64,000 bases of DNA. Source: Squalus acanthias. Lineage: Eukaryota. Positions within the stretch are counted from its first letter, which is position 1. Each line of letters starts with the position of its first letter. The notes beneath the pieces were generated by a model. The model ran no database searches. It was not told the origin of the DNA and was given only the letters and a program-made list of their open reading frames with translations. Both the position numbers and the translations under genes were made by a program. This document shows, in pieces, positions 1 through 13,190 of the stretch. The stretch spans positions 56,670,001 through 56,734,000 of the forward strand of contig CM059438.1 in assembly GCA_030390025.1 (NCBI GenBank). The letters are read 5' to 3'.

Positions 1-795
1 TCGGGCGTCTAAGAATGACCCCCTGGTAGATGAGGTTGAGCTCACTGACGTCAACCCTACCTACGCCTATATTCGGTATCCTGACGGTCGGGAATCTACC
101 GTGTCATTGCGGGATCTGGCTCCCTGCCCGCCGAAACATAGAGGGACACCAGGGGATGATATTGTACCAGGCACATCTCTGGGCTCGCCAGGTGCCTCTC
201 ATCACAATCTGGATCTGACGCCGGCTGGTACCTCACTCCAGCGTGCCGACCTTGGGCAGACTGACTATGAACCCGTCGGGGCTCGCACGCGCAGCCACGA
301 TCCACCCCGTACCATACGCTCGGAAACGGATCTGCCACAGCCCTGCCCGACACCCGTTCGGGCACCAGTACACAGTTAGGATCGTCCTGACCCCTCACAG
401 AGCGGGCTGGATCACTCGGACTCTGGTCCACGGCCCGCGGCGGGTAAACGGGCTAGGGGCCCTCTACCGCTACGAGAACCCAAACGGGTGCGGCTCTCCC
501 TCGTCCAGCGGCTACGAAATGGAGGGAGAATGTGGTAACACAATACAGCTTCCTGTGACTCGAACTTCATCCCGGCCTCCTAATCTTTTGGGGGGGGAGA
601 ATGTGGTAACACAATACAGCTTCCTGTGACTCGAACTTTATTGCATCACTTCCTGTGATTAGTCCAGGATAAATACTGGGCTGATCAGTTGGATCCTGGA
701 GAGGCATAGAGTAAGACCTCTTTTGTATGTAGCACCTTTTTAGTTGATTAAAGCTTACTTTAAGTTCACCACGCGTAAGGCTCATTCTTACGACA
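1..795 (+). mobile_element. 3' end of a Ty3/Gypsy LTR retrotransposon (integrase C-terminus, PPT, 3' LTR)
   Basis: Frame from base 2 reads RASKNDPLVDEVELTDVNPTYAYIRYPDGRESTVSLRDLAP, a Gypsy integrase C-terminal motif (stop at 379). Polypurine tract GGGGGGGGAGAA lies directly before TGTGG at 602. Confidence 0.85.
602..795 (+). repeat. LTR (~194 bp)
   Basis: TG...CA ends with imperfect terminal inverted repeat TGTGGTAA / TTACGACA. Internal GATAAATA (TATA-like) and ATTAAA (polyA-like). Follows the PPT. Confidence 0.8.
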
Positions 796-1300
796 CTGTT
801 TGCTTTAGTTATAGTTTCACGGCATTGGTCATAAACCATTAGAGAGTGATGCACTAAAACACCGAGATATCTTTCGCCACTGGCTTCAATTGTTTCCTGT
901 AGGGTGTAAGTATATTCTGCATTTAATTGGCCCACATACATAACACTACATTTTTCTAAGCTAAACATAATTTGTCAAACACGGGCCCATTCTTCCAACA
1001 CATCGAAATCTGCTTGGAGTAGTAGAGCATCCTCTACAGTCCTAACATGCGCACATATCTTGGTATCGTCCACAAACCTGTGTATCATTCTCCCAACACC
1101 TACATCTAAATCATTAATGAAAACAGTAAATAGCAAAGGTCCTCCTAACACCAATCGCTACTGGGCACCACTGGTAACCAAGCAGATCCAAATCTATTGA
1201 CTACAAATTTCTGCCAACAGGTAATCAGCCAGTTCTCCATCCACCGCAGCAGATTATCACTAATTCCACAGGAGAAGCTTCTTGTGAGGTACCTTAGTCA
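796..1300 (-). mobile_element. Decayed CR1 LINE reverse transcriptase fragment (host of the LTR element)
   Basis: Minus strand retains degenerate VTSG.PQ..VLGPLLF, FVDDTK and YLGVLVH motifs. Confidence 0.7.
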
Positions 1301-1751
1301 TGTTGATATACTACCTTACAGACTTACAAAACATCAAGGTCATAAAACCTGTGTTGAACTTGAGAAACAGCTTGCACAGGGTAAAGTTTAGGCATTACTT
1401 TCTGAGATAACTAAAACTTAGAAACACTTTAGGGAAAGATTTAGTGAGATCCAAGAACTACTTCATTCTGACCATTAAAAGGACTATGATAGATCCTTGA
1501 CCACAGCAGAAAGTTCAAATATTCAGCATTTGGAAACAAGGGCTAAAAAGTGACTGTTTTGTGTGTAAGAAAGCTAATACCACATGAATAAGCTCAAAGC
1601 AATAGATCAGTTTGAGATAAAGTAAGGTGGGAAGCTCATGTGGAGCATAAACACTGGCATAGACCTGTTGGGCCGAATGGCCTGCTTTTGTGCTGTAAAA
1701 TTCTATGAACAATGTTTTGATCTCAATTGGGGATAAAAAGAATTGAAAGAA

Positions 1752-1860
1752 AAAGAACTTGCATTTCTACAGCGCCTTTTAAAACCTCAGGACTCCCAAA
1801 GTGCTTTACAGTCAATGAAGTACTTTTGAAATGTAGTTACTATTGCACTGTAGGGAAATT
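1752..1860 (-). mobile_element. 3' fragment of Deu-type (SacSINE-like) tRNA SINE
   Basis: Reverse complement of the tail ...caaaagtacttcattgactgtaaagcactttgggagtcctgagg...gcaagttcttt, also seen at 23766 and 61740. Confidence 0.7.
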
Positions 1861-2436
1861 GTAATTTGTTCTGAAGATGTGGGTGATGCCTACAAGGCCA
1901 CATTTATTGCCCACCCCTAGTTGACCTGAGGTGGTGGTGAGTCTTCTCCACGAATCACTGCAGTCCTTGTGAAAATGATGCCCCCAGAATTCCAGGACAT
2001 TGATCCAATGACGATGAAGGAACAACGGCCATATATGTCCAAGTCAGGATAGTGATGGTGTTCCCACAATATTGCTTTTCTTGCCCTTCTCAGTGGTAGA
2101 GGTCACAGAGGAGAGAGGTGCTGTCATGGTAACGTTGGTGAGTTGCTGCTGTTCAACCCTGTAAACAGTGTGCCAGTGGAGGGGCGGATATCAAATTCAC
2201 TGGCAGAGGCACTGATCAAGCAAACTGCTCAGTCCTGGAGACATGAAGAACAAACAGTGCTATTTTCCAATTACGTTTAATGAATTGCAATGTATCGAAT
2301 ACAAAAGCAAAGAACCAATGCTAACTGGTTGGGCCAGTAATAACATCGCATACAGTTTTGGGCACTCTACTTTAAGAAGGATGTCAAGGCCATAGAGAAG
2401 GTGATCTACCAAGATGCCGTCAGGCTTTAGCTTTTA

Positions 2437-5400
2437 GGAAATGCAATATCCTTTCTATACTGTGGCGACCAAAACTGTACACAGTATTCTAAGAGCAGTC
2501 AGCAACAATGATTTATAGTGGTAGGATTACCTCACTATTTCGGCTCAATATTGACCTTTTAATACATCCCAAGATCTGATTTGCTTTACTCACTGCCACC
2601 GAGCATTGTTGCGATAGCTTCAATTTATTGTCAATCAGGACCCCCAGATCCCTTGCATTTTCCATGCACAGCATTTTCTTTCCATTTAAGTAATAGTCCC
2701 TTCCTCAATTTTTTTTTGTCCCTATGTGAAGCACTTTACATTTCTCGACATTGAATTTCATCTGCCACCTGTCTGCCCAATTCACAAGTATTTTCAAATC
2801 CTCCTGTAGCTTATCCTTTTCAGCTTTGCAGTCTACCACCTTCATTAGCTTTGTATCATTTGCAAATTTAGCCACCGATTGTGACTCCTAGCTCCAGACA
2901 TTTATAAAGATATTACACAAAAGAGCTCCCAAAACAGAGCCCCCTGTGGGACTCCACTGGTAACATTCTCCCAGGCTGGTGACAACAATCCCTGTACCAC
3001 CACCCTGTGGTTCCATCGGTCAACCAATTACATATCCATTATAAAATATTCTCACTGATTTCCACTTTCTTTATTCTCAGTACCAGCCTTTCCAGAGGAA
3101 CTGTATTAAAAGCCTTACAAAAATCCAAGTACACCACATCTACTGCCTTACCCCTGTTCAGCTCCTTTGTCACAACCTCAAAAGAAAACCAGAAAGTTAG
3201 ATTGCAAGACCTGCCCTTCATGAACCCATAACTGGCCATCTTTTATGATTTTATTTCTATCCAGATGCTCCACGATCTTATCTTTAATAAGGGTTTCCAT
3301 AACTTTACCCACAATGGACGTCAAACTCACTGGTCTGTAGTTTCCTGGTCACTCTGCTTCCTTTCTCCAGTCCCCAGGAACCTCTCCGGTATTCAGTCAT
3401 TTCTGGAAGATTTGTACCAGAGTTCCTGCAATTTCCTTAAGGATCAGAGAACGCATCTTATCCAGCTCATAAGATTTATTCACCTTAAGTTTGCACAGCT
3501 GTTCAAAAGCCACGCTGGTAGTAATGTGAATAGTGTCACAACTTACCTCTGCAACACCCTCCAGTTCCTTTTCCAGATCAAATAAGTTACCTGTTTCCTC
3601 CTTGGTAAAAACTGAGGCAAAAGAATTATTTCGCACTTTTGCAGCCTGTGTAGCATCAATTGTCCTGCTCTCACTTGATTCCACTCTCAGTGGCCCCACT
3701 CCATCCTTCATTTTTCTTTTTTTCTTAATATAACTAAAAATGTCCTTCACTTTTCTTGCCATATTCAATTCAAAATTTTCTTTGGCATTTTGATGCCCCC
3801 TTTACCCTCCAGGCGTGCTTTTTGGTATTGAATCAGTCTTAATTCTGCGCCATTTTCCTCATGGCCTTAAATGCTTTTTTTCCCCCTTTATGATTTGCTT
3901 GGAAGTCCCATTCAACCAGGCAGGGGAGCTTTAAGCTTGGTACCTTTGCTTTGCATGGGTACACATTGGTCCATTGCATTCCGAATCACCTCTTTGAAGG
4001 AACTCCACAGTCCCTCTACTCTCCTAGCCACATTCAAACTTCCCAGGCCCACTCTGACAAGACTTCTCAAGCACTTAAAATTGGTCCTCTTAAAATTTGT
4101 CAGTTTTGTTTGGGTTTTAGTAACCCCTCCAATTCTTGTTATGTCAAATGTGACATTTTATGATACTTAAAGCCTCACTCACCTTTGTGTTGGAGATTTG
4201 ATCGTCCCCATTACTCACTCAATAAAAACCAGGATATTTTCTTCCCTTGTTGGCTCTTTTACAAACTGAGTCATATAAACAGTCTTACATTAACTCTGGA
4301 AATTCATTCCTGTCTTACCAGTAGAGGCAGTATTGTCCCAGTCAATTTCTGGTAAATTGAAATCTCCAACTACTATAGTTGGTCCCTTACCCTATCCTTA
4401 TCTCATCCCACATTTCCACATCAAGGCTTTCACCATGGCCTGGGGGTCTATAGCATACCCCCAGTAATAGTTTACCTCTGTTACCATCTATTAATTCTAT
4501 TCAAAGTGTGTCTGCCCTTTCCTTTTTTATATGCTCTCTCACTTGTGCCTCAATACTGGAGTTTATATATACTGCCACACCACCTCCTTTTCTCCCAATA
4601 CAGTCTCTTCTAAACAATTTATATCCATCCAGGTATGTTTCCCATTTATTGGAATCATTCCACCATGTCACCGTGACACTAATGATATCCAATCTATCAA
4701 CCCTTGCAAGACCTGCCAGATCCAATATCTTATTTGTCAGACTTCTTGCATTAATGCAAGCACAGCTCCAATGCTGTTTACCTTTGCCATTTACTTTAAC
4801 ATGTTTACATCCCACTACTGTAATTAGACTTATTAAACTTTGATGTGTTTTCACTGGTACACCTTAAGGCTTACACCTACCGCACCCACCCCACACAATT
4901 CTATCTATCCTGCCTGCCAACACCTCTAACAGCCCTTTTGTTTAGGTGGAGCCTATCCAGTCTGGATAGGCTCCCCCTATTCTAAAAGGTGTCCCACTAT
5001 TTGAGGAACCGAAATCCCGACTCCCTGCACCAAAGGCGTATCCACACATTGGTGTCTATTTACCCTCTGTCTCTCTTCACTAGCACGGGGCATAGCTAGT
5101 ATTTCAGAAAATATACACTTGAGGTCCTTCCCTCAAGTTTCCTTCCTAATGACCTAAATTTAGCATGAAGGACCTCTGGTCTCGTTCTACCTGTGTTACT
5201 TGTTCCAACACGGATGACAACAATTAGTTCCTCACCTGCTCCCGCTCACATTCTGTCAACCCGGGACATCAGATACTTGACCCATGTACCTGGGAGGCAA
5301 CACACCATTTGTTTTTCTGGGTCTGGTTTGCAAAGAATTCTCTCTGGAAACCAAATGATCGAATCCCCTAATACCACATCTTGTCTGTTCCTTTCTCTTT

Positions 5401-6060
5401 TTCCTTCCTTCCCTGACAGGCTGCTGGATTGCCCCAGTGCACGCCACATCCTCAGCCACCTCCTGAGTCTCCACATCATCTCTCTCCAGAGGAGGGAACC
5501 TGTTGAAGAACACCTGGGATGACTGCTCCTGCCCCATTACCCGATATGACATCTCACCCCCTTTCTAACAGAGATCCACTGTCTTCGTCTAGGTACCTGG
5601 GTTTCCTCTCCTACTCCAACCCCCAGTGTGGTCTTCTCGAACACCTCATCTATAAAAACTTCTCACTCCCTAATATTTTGATGCATGCACAGTCGCTCAC
5701 TAAGCTGACCACTTCAGTCCTGAGTGCATCGACCAGCTTCTAGTTGTTGCAGATGAAACCCTCCAGAAACTTGGGTTGGAAGGCAAACATCTCACAACTT
5801 CTGCAACACACAAGGTATTTCATCCTCGAGCAACTTTAAAGTTTGAAGGTTATAAAAAAAACCTTAAAAGAGAAAGAAAAGACAAAGCTAAAATTCTTTC
5901 AATTTAAATTCTTGAATTCCCCCTCGCTTTTGTCCCTCAGTTAAATGACTTAGTACTTCAATCCCCCCTCTGCACCCAATTCCCACTCACTCATTTTTCT
6001 GTTTTAAAGTCCTCACTCTGTTGCCAGCTCACTCAGTTAGCAGCTCACTTTGCTGAGCCC
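2437..6060 (-). mobile_element. Near full-length decayed CR1 LINE (ORF1 esterase-like, ORF2 endonuclease + RT)
   Basis: ORF fragments VVLGDSII...MVCCLPG (ORF1), INARSL..GYKLFRRD..GGGVAVY (APE endonuclease), GFMKGRSC..VDVVYLDFCKAF (RT). Many stops and frameshifts. Confidence 0.85.
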
Positions 6061-6208
6061 TGTGCTCTTGCAGATATGCCCTCTATTAAATAACTTTTGT
6101 GAGGCTTCCCCTCCATTCTGAGACATAGCCATGTCTTCTGTCAGGAGAACACAAAAGGGTCGATAAGGAGGCGGGACTCTGAGATCAGGCGGTTGGAGAG
6201 CAGTGCTT

Positions 6209-9200
6209 TTTTTTTATTCGTTCCTGGGATGTGGGCATCGCTAGCAAAGCCAGCATTTATTGCCCATCCCTAATTGCCCTCAAGAAGGTGGTGGTGAGCC
6301 ACCTTCTTGAACCGCTGCAGTCCGTGTGGTGAAGGTACTCCCACAGTGCTGTTAGGGAGGGAGTTTCAGGATTTTGATCCAGCAACGATGAAGGAACAGC
6401 CGATATACTTCCAAGTCAGGATGGTGTGTGACTTGGAGGGAAACTTGGAGGTGATGGTGTTCCCATGCACCTGCTGCCCTTGTCCTTCTAGGTGGTAGAA
6501 GTCGCGGGTTTGGGAGTTGCTGCAGTGCATCTTGTAGATGGTACACACTGCAGCCACGGTACACCGGTGGTGGAGGGAATGAATGTTTAAGGTGGTGGAT
6601 GGGGTGCTAATCAAGCGGCTGCTTTGTCTTGGATGGTGTCGAGCTTCTTGAGTGCTGTTGGAGCTGCACTCATCCAGGCAAGTGGAGAGTATTCCATCAC
6701 ACTCCTGACTTGTGCCTTGTAGATGGTGGAAAGGCTTTGGGGAGTCAGGAGGTGAGACACTCGCCACAGAATACCCAGCCTCTGACCTGCTCTTGTTGCC
6801 ACAGTATTTATGTGGCTGGTCCAGTTAAGTTTCTGGTCAATGGTGACCCCCAGGATGTTGATGGTGGGGGATTCGGCGATGGTAATGCCGTTGAATGTCA
6901 AGGCCGGTGGTTAGACGCTCGCTTTTTGGAGATAGTCATTGCCTGGCACTTGTGTGGCGCGAATGTTACCTGCCACTTATCAGCCCAAGCCTGAATGTCG
7001 TCCAGGTCTTGCTGCATGCGGGCATGGACTGCTTCATTATCTGAAGAGTTGTGAATGGCACTGAACACTGTGCAGTCATCAGCAAACATCCCCACTTCTG
7101 ACCTTATGATGGAGGGAAAGTCATTGATGAAGCAGCTGAAGATGGTTGGGCCTCGGACACTGCCCTGAGGAACTCCTGCAGCGATGTCCTGGGGCTGTGA
7201 TGATTGACCTCCAACCACCTTCCTTTGTGCTAGGTATGACTCCAGCCAGTGGAGAATTTCCCCCCCCCGATTCCGATTGACTTCAGTTTTACTTGGGCTC
7301 CTTGATGCCACACTCGGTCAAATGCTGCCTTGATGTCAAGGGCAGTCACTCTCACCTCACCTCTGGAATTCAGCTCTTTTGTCCATGTTTGGACCAAGGC
7401 TGTGATGAGGTCTGAAGCCGAGTGGTCTTGGCGGAACCCAAAATGGGAATCAGTGAGCAGGTTATTGGTGAGTAAGTGCGGCTTGATAGCACTGTCGACG
7501 ACACCTTCCATCACTTTGCTGATGATTGAGAGTAAACTGATGGGGCAGTAATTGGCCGGATTGGATTTGTCCTGCTTTTTGTGGACAGGACATACCAGGG
7601 CAGTTTTCCACCTTGTCGGGTAGATGCCAGTGCTATAGCTGTACTAAAACAGCTTGGCTAGAGGCGCGGCTAGTTCTGGAGCACATGTCTTGAGCACGAC
7701 AGCTGGGATGTTGTCGGGGCCCATAGCCTTTGCTGTATCCAGTGCACTCAGCTGTTTCTTGATATCACGTGGAGTGAATCGAATTGGCTGAAGACTGGCT
7801 TCTGTGCTGGTGGGTACCTCAGGAGGAGGCCGATATGGATCATCCAGTCGGCACTTCTGGCTGAAGATGGTTGCAAACACTTCAGCCTTGTCTTTTGCAC
7901 TCACTTGCTGGGCTCCACCATTATTGAGGATGGTGATATTCATGGAGCCTCCTCCTCCTGTTAGTTGTTTAATGGTCCACCACCATTCACGACTGGATGT
8001 GGCAGGACTGCAGAGCTTTGATCTGATCCGTTGATTGTGGGATTGCTTAGCTCTGTCTATAGCATGCTGCTTCCGCTTTTTAGCATGCATGTAGTCCTGT
8101 GTTGCAGCTTCCCCAGATGGCACCGCATTTTTAGTACGTCTAGTGCTGCTCCTGGCATGCTCTTCTACACTCCTTATTGAACCAGGGTTGGTCCTCTGGC
8201 TTGATGGTAATGGCAGAGTGAGGGATATGCCAGGCCATGAGGTTATAGATTGTGGTGGAATACAATTCTGCTGCTGATGGCTCACAGCGCCTCATGGATG
8301 CCCAGTTTTGAGCTGCTAGATCTGTTCTGAATCTATCCCATTTAGCACGGTGGTAAGTGCCATACAACACGATGGAGGGTGTCCTCAGTGTGAAGACAGG
8401 ACTTCGTCTCTACAATGACTGTGCGGTGGTCACTGCTACCAATGCTGTCATGGACAGATGCATCTGCGGCAGGTAGATTGGTGAGGACGAGGTCAAGTAG
8501 GTTTTTCCCTCGTGTTGGTTCTCTCACCACCTGTCGCAGGCCCAGACTGGCAGCTATGTCCTTCAGGGCTCAGTCAGTAGTGGTGCTACCGAGTCACTCT
8601 TGGTGATGGACACTGAAGTCCCCCCCCCCCACCCAGAGTACATTCTGTGCCCTTGCTACTCTCAGTGCTTCTTCCAAGTGGTGTTCAACATGGAGGAGTA
8701 CTGATTTATCAGCTGAGGGAGGGCAGTAGGTTTCCTTGACTATGCTTGACCTGAAGCCATGAGACTTCATGGGGTCCGGAGTCAATGTTGAGGACTCCCA
8801 GGGCCACTCCTTCCCGACTGTATACCACTGTGCCACCACCCCTGGTGGGTCTGTCCTGCCGGTGGGACAGGACATACCCAGGGATGGTGATGGAGGAGTT
8901 TGGGACATTGGCTGAATGATTCTGTGAGTATGAATATGCAGGCTGTTGCTTGACTAGTCTGTGGGACAGCTCTCCCAATTTTGGCACAAGTCCCCAGATG
9001 TTGGTGAGGAGAACTTTGCAGGGTTGACTGGGCTGGATGTGCCGTTGTCGTGTCTGTAGCTGGTGCCGAGGTCTATGCCAGGTGGCTGTCCAGTTTTATT
9101 CCTATTGTTTTTTGTAGCGGTTTTTTACAACTGAGTGGCTTGCTAGGCCATTTCAGAGGGCATTTAAGAGTCAACGACATTGCTGTGGGTCTGGAGTCAC

Positions 9201-9440
9201 ATATGGGCCAGACTGGGTAAGGACGGCAGATTTCCTTCGCTAAAAGGACATTAGTGAACCAGATGGGTTTTTACGACAATCCGATAGTTTCATGGTCACC
9301 ATTACTGATACTAGCTTTTTATTCCAGATTTATTTAATTAACTGAATTTAAATTCCCCAGCTGCCATGGTGGGATTTGAACTCACGTCTCCGGATCATTA
9401 GTCCACCTGGATTACTAGTCCAGTAATAGAACCACTATGC
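6209..9440 (-). mobile_element. CR1-clade LINE with complete but frameshifted ORF2 and a tRNA-like 5' head
   Basis: APE motifs RQDRPTRGGGTVVY and PTRGKNLLDLVLTN..SDH. RT motifs KAMGPDNIP, ALDIKAAFDRVWH, GVPQGSV.GP, MFADD. PolyA tail at ~6206-6216. B-box GAGTTCAAATCCC near 9370-9383. Confidence 0.9.
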
Positions 9441-11374
9441 TTAAACTGGAGTCTCATCTCAATCTCACCACTGAAGATTTGACCCTGCAGTACGCATACA
9501 AAGAGAAAGGCGAGCGGCGCTGAAGGATCTGCGACTCATCGGGTGCTGAGGCACGTTCTCAGGTCACATCTCCAGGTCCTATGGCACTTGGAGATGTGGT
9601 TCTCTCTCCTACTCGCTGAAGAAAAGGCAGGGAGTCCACTAGGCTGTTGCCTGACAATGAATCCCTTGTCACAGATCCAGAGGTAATCAACAGCAGGGTC
9701 TGTGATTGTTATGATGCCCCTTTCTCGCAGGATCTGGCCAGCGAGGACTCCCTCAGGGTTTTGTGGGAGGTCCTGCCGAAATTCATGCTGAGCAACTCAA
9801 GGTTTCACTAACCCTTGCGGTGCTGTCCGGCACTCTCCACCAATTATCCCGGAATAAAGCTCCGGGACTGACCGTGGACGACTACGCACAGGTCTTGGGG
9901 GAGGCACTAGCAACTGGGGAGATGATCCTCTCTTGGCACAGGGCAGTCATCACCCTGCTGCCCAAGAAGGGGAATTCCCATCTCTTGAAATACTGGCCCA
10001 GTCTCCCTGGCGAGCACATTTCTTTCCCGAGATTAGGAGATGTTTGACAAGGTGGATCACGGATAGTTGTTTGGAACTCTGCGGGGTTTTGGGTTTGGAA
10101 GGCATTTTGCTGCTTGGATCCAACTTCTGTATGCCTTTGTGGATTTTCTGATTAAAGTTAACGGATCTTTGACGGCCCCCCTTTACTTTGGGAGAGAGTT
10201 ATGTCAGGGATGTCCCATATCTAGCCAATTATATTCTATCTGCATAGAGCCTTTCCTACACCTCTTATTCAAGAGGTTGTCGGGACTGGTTCTGTGTAAG
10301 CCGGGCGTGGAGATCATCCTTTTAGATTATGGTGATGACGTGCTCTTTGTGGTGAAATATCCCATTGACTTGCGGAGGATGTGTGAGTGCCAGGTATATT
10401 CTGCTGCATCCTCCACAAAGATCAATTGGTATAAGCGTTCTGGGCTCTTATTAGCTGGAGCACCACCTGCCTGTGTTATCTGGGAGTCTACCCGAGCCCC
10501 GAGGAAGCTTGACTAGCAACCTAACTGAGCTGGAGATAAAAGTCACCACTCGTCTTGGACGCTGAGCAGGACTGCTCTGAGTGCTTTCCTACAGGGGTAG
10601 AGCATTGGTCAGGAATCAACTGGTGGCCTCTGTACGTTGGTCACTGTGAAGCTATTCCCTGAATATTTCACCAAGATCCAGAGGAAAGTCATTGATTCCT
10701 TCTGGGATAAAGGGAGGCATTGGGTCTCTGTCAGAGTTCGGAGTCTCTCACTTGGGCAGGATGGTCAAGCACCTAGGTTTAGACTTTCCGCTTTCAGACC
10801 CTGCAGAGATAACTGTACGTTGAGGATCTTTTTAAGTGGTGTGTGCTGGCAACACTTTTCTTCAGTCAGATGCACAGCCTGAATTATAACAGGCAGCTCC
10901 TTTTCATCAAACTGCAGGGAATATGTCCATCTTTGTCAGAGCTGTTTTTTTACCGGGATATACTAAAGGGTCTGGAACCTGGTTGCTTCCAAACAGGGGC
11001 GCTCTCCTGACTGAGGTGGAAGCTATTTTAGCAGAAGCACTCTCCGCAACCGCTGGCTGCATATGCCTGGCCTGAATGAAACGTGGCTGCTGCAGAGAAC
11101 AGCCCTTCCTCCAAAAGTAACCAGAGTCAGGGACGTGCTGAATGGTGGTGGAGACAGGTGAATGTCACCAGAGGCATTCGCCGCCTGCATGCCCTGGCAC
11201 TATGCCCAGCTTGTGGTCAAAGCCAGCCAGACACTGATATTCACATTTAGCCTTGACTCTATTAGGTGCACTGAGGAAGCTCAAGCATGTGGAGCCATTC
11301 CATCTGATCTCAGCCCCATTCAGATGGAACTGCTGATCAGCACGAGGCCCTGAAGCCTCTCTTGGCTGAGTCAA

Positions 11375-11530
11375 TTGACATTTTTAAAACTGAAATCACT
11401 AGCTTTTTGTTAGGTAAGGGTATCAAGGGATATGGAACAAAAGCGAGTAAAAGGAGTTGAAGTACAGATCAGTCATGATCTAATAGAATGTCAGGGGCTC
11501 GAAGGGCTGAATGGTCTATTGCTGTTACTA
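11375..11530 (+). mobile_element. CR1 3' end fragment nested in the Tx1 element
   Basis: aagggtatcaagggatatgg...cagatcagtcatgatctaatagaatg...ctcgaagggctgaatgg tail. Confidence 0.7.
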
Positions 11531-12991
11531 TGTTGGCAACTTTCGCCTCAGAACTTGAGCCATCTCTTGGAAATTCCCTCTGTGCCATTCCATTCTGTAG
11601 AGGGACTTTCTGTATAGGCTGCTGATGCACACTCCACTTCTTTGCACTGGTCTTCTGTTGATACATGCCCTGGTGTAATAAGTTGCCGGCCAGCGGAGAT
11701 AAGCCCTGTATCCGGGGATCCATCCCAGGACCACTGGGGAGGAGAGTGTTGGCTGCGTGGTTAGTTACCTCAAAGACTTTTTAGGGACATTTCACAAATA
11801 CCCAGACCGCATGTCTATTCTGCAGCCTCTCAGTTATGTGCATTGCCAGAGGTTGCAGCCCCTTTTCTAATATTTGAAGGGCTGTTCCTGAACATCTGGC
11901 TGCACTTAAGCCCAACCCTATTCATCTCGTCATCCATGTGCAGAGGGGTAAGCTAAACATCCTAGTGGGTCTGCCTAAAACCACCATTCACAGGTTCAGG
12001 ATGCGTAGTATCTGCAGGGGGTCACTCTGACTGCTTGCCACTCTTTCGAGGCTTTGTGCACGGCAGGGTGACCTTAGAAAGAGATCTCGTGGTGTCCACC
12101 AGTACGCTTGATGCCTTCCATGACCGGTGGGCACCACAGGATAGTCTGTTTTATCAATCCAGAAAATTAGGTCACGATGTAATGATACTTATTTCAATTT
12201 AAATAGACCAAATGTATTAGTGATACCCTTCTCCAGAGAAAGCACTTGGAGCGTGCGTGCAAGTGTTATATTGCGTGTTTAATGGTACCCTTATCTTGGG
12301 GAGGGCACTTGTAGCGTGCGCTCCTTTGTCTTGGTTTCATTGGATGCACCCTTGGTCTATTTCAAAAGAGGACAGTGTTAAATTGTCCACTGCAGCAGTC
12401 CAATATGATAACTTTGATTTGGAGAGTTCATAACTGATTGTCAATGTCAGACAGCCGACTATCTTTGGGGTTTAAACTTGTCCGATGATGTCATTTAAGT
12501 GTGGAGTTTAAAGGAGCAGCTTCAATTGAGTGCATTCTGTAGAGAGAAGGTCAGTTTTCCTTTCAAGGGGAGAGCTACTATATCCTTGCTTAGAGGTGGG
12601 TTTTTGTTCCATCCTTTCAAAAACGATCAAATAGAAGTTCTGGGAGGAAAGTGGAACAATCTTGTTTTCCAGCTGCAAATTCGGTTTAGCCTGTTACAGA
12701 AGTTGAAGTTGGTGGACACTTCCCAGAGATCAGAAAGCACAGCTCCTCAGATAACATGGGATTGTCAGGATTATTGTCATTCTTTTCTGTTCTAATAAGG
12801 TCTTGTGAAGGATCTTCAAAATAAAAGGAAGCTGGAGGAATGCACATAGGAATAATCACGTAAGAAGTCCTAGAGCATGAATAAATAACACCCAACTGCC
12901 GCAAGTCCAGTAGAGGTTTGATAACTTTTTTAATGAACGTTGCTATCAGATAAATGCATTGATCATCCCATCTGTCATAGACACATAGATA

Positions 12992-13190
12992 CATAGAAGA
13001 TAGGAGCAGGAGTAGGCCATCCGGCCCTTCGAACCTGCTCCGCCATTTAATGAGATCATGGCTGATCCTCCAATTCAGTATCCCGTCCCCGCCTTCTCTC
13101 CGTAACCCTTAACCCCTTTTGCCTGTAGAAATATATCTAATTCCCTCTTAAATATATTTAATGAGCTGGCGTACACTGCCCTCTGTGGCA
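12992..13190 (-). mobile_element. CR1 3' end fragment
   Basis: ataggagcaggagtaggccatccggcccttcgaacctgctccgccatt matches the reverse of the CR1 tails elsewhere in the window. Confidence 0.75.

Larger units (their letters stand above)
6078..12350 (+). mobile_element. Decayed Tx1-clade (L1-like) LINE ORF2, split by a CR1-clade insertion at 6209-9440
   Basis: ITLLPKKG, IKVNGSLTAP..GR..CQGCP.S.QLYSICIEPFL, YGDDV and C-terminal CLPLFRGFV..AFHDRWAPQ. Sequence joins across the insertion (..gagagcagTGCTTaaactggag..). Confidence 0.75.

Noticed and set aside
9360..9440. tRNA gene (also the SINE heads at ~14310, ~24510 and ~26545)
   Set aside because: Only A/B boxes are retained, there is no cloverleaf, and they are parts of retroelements.
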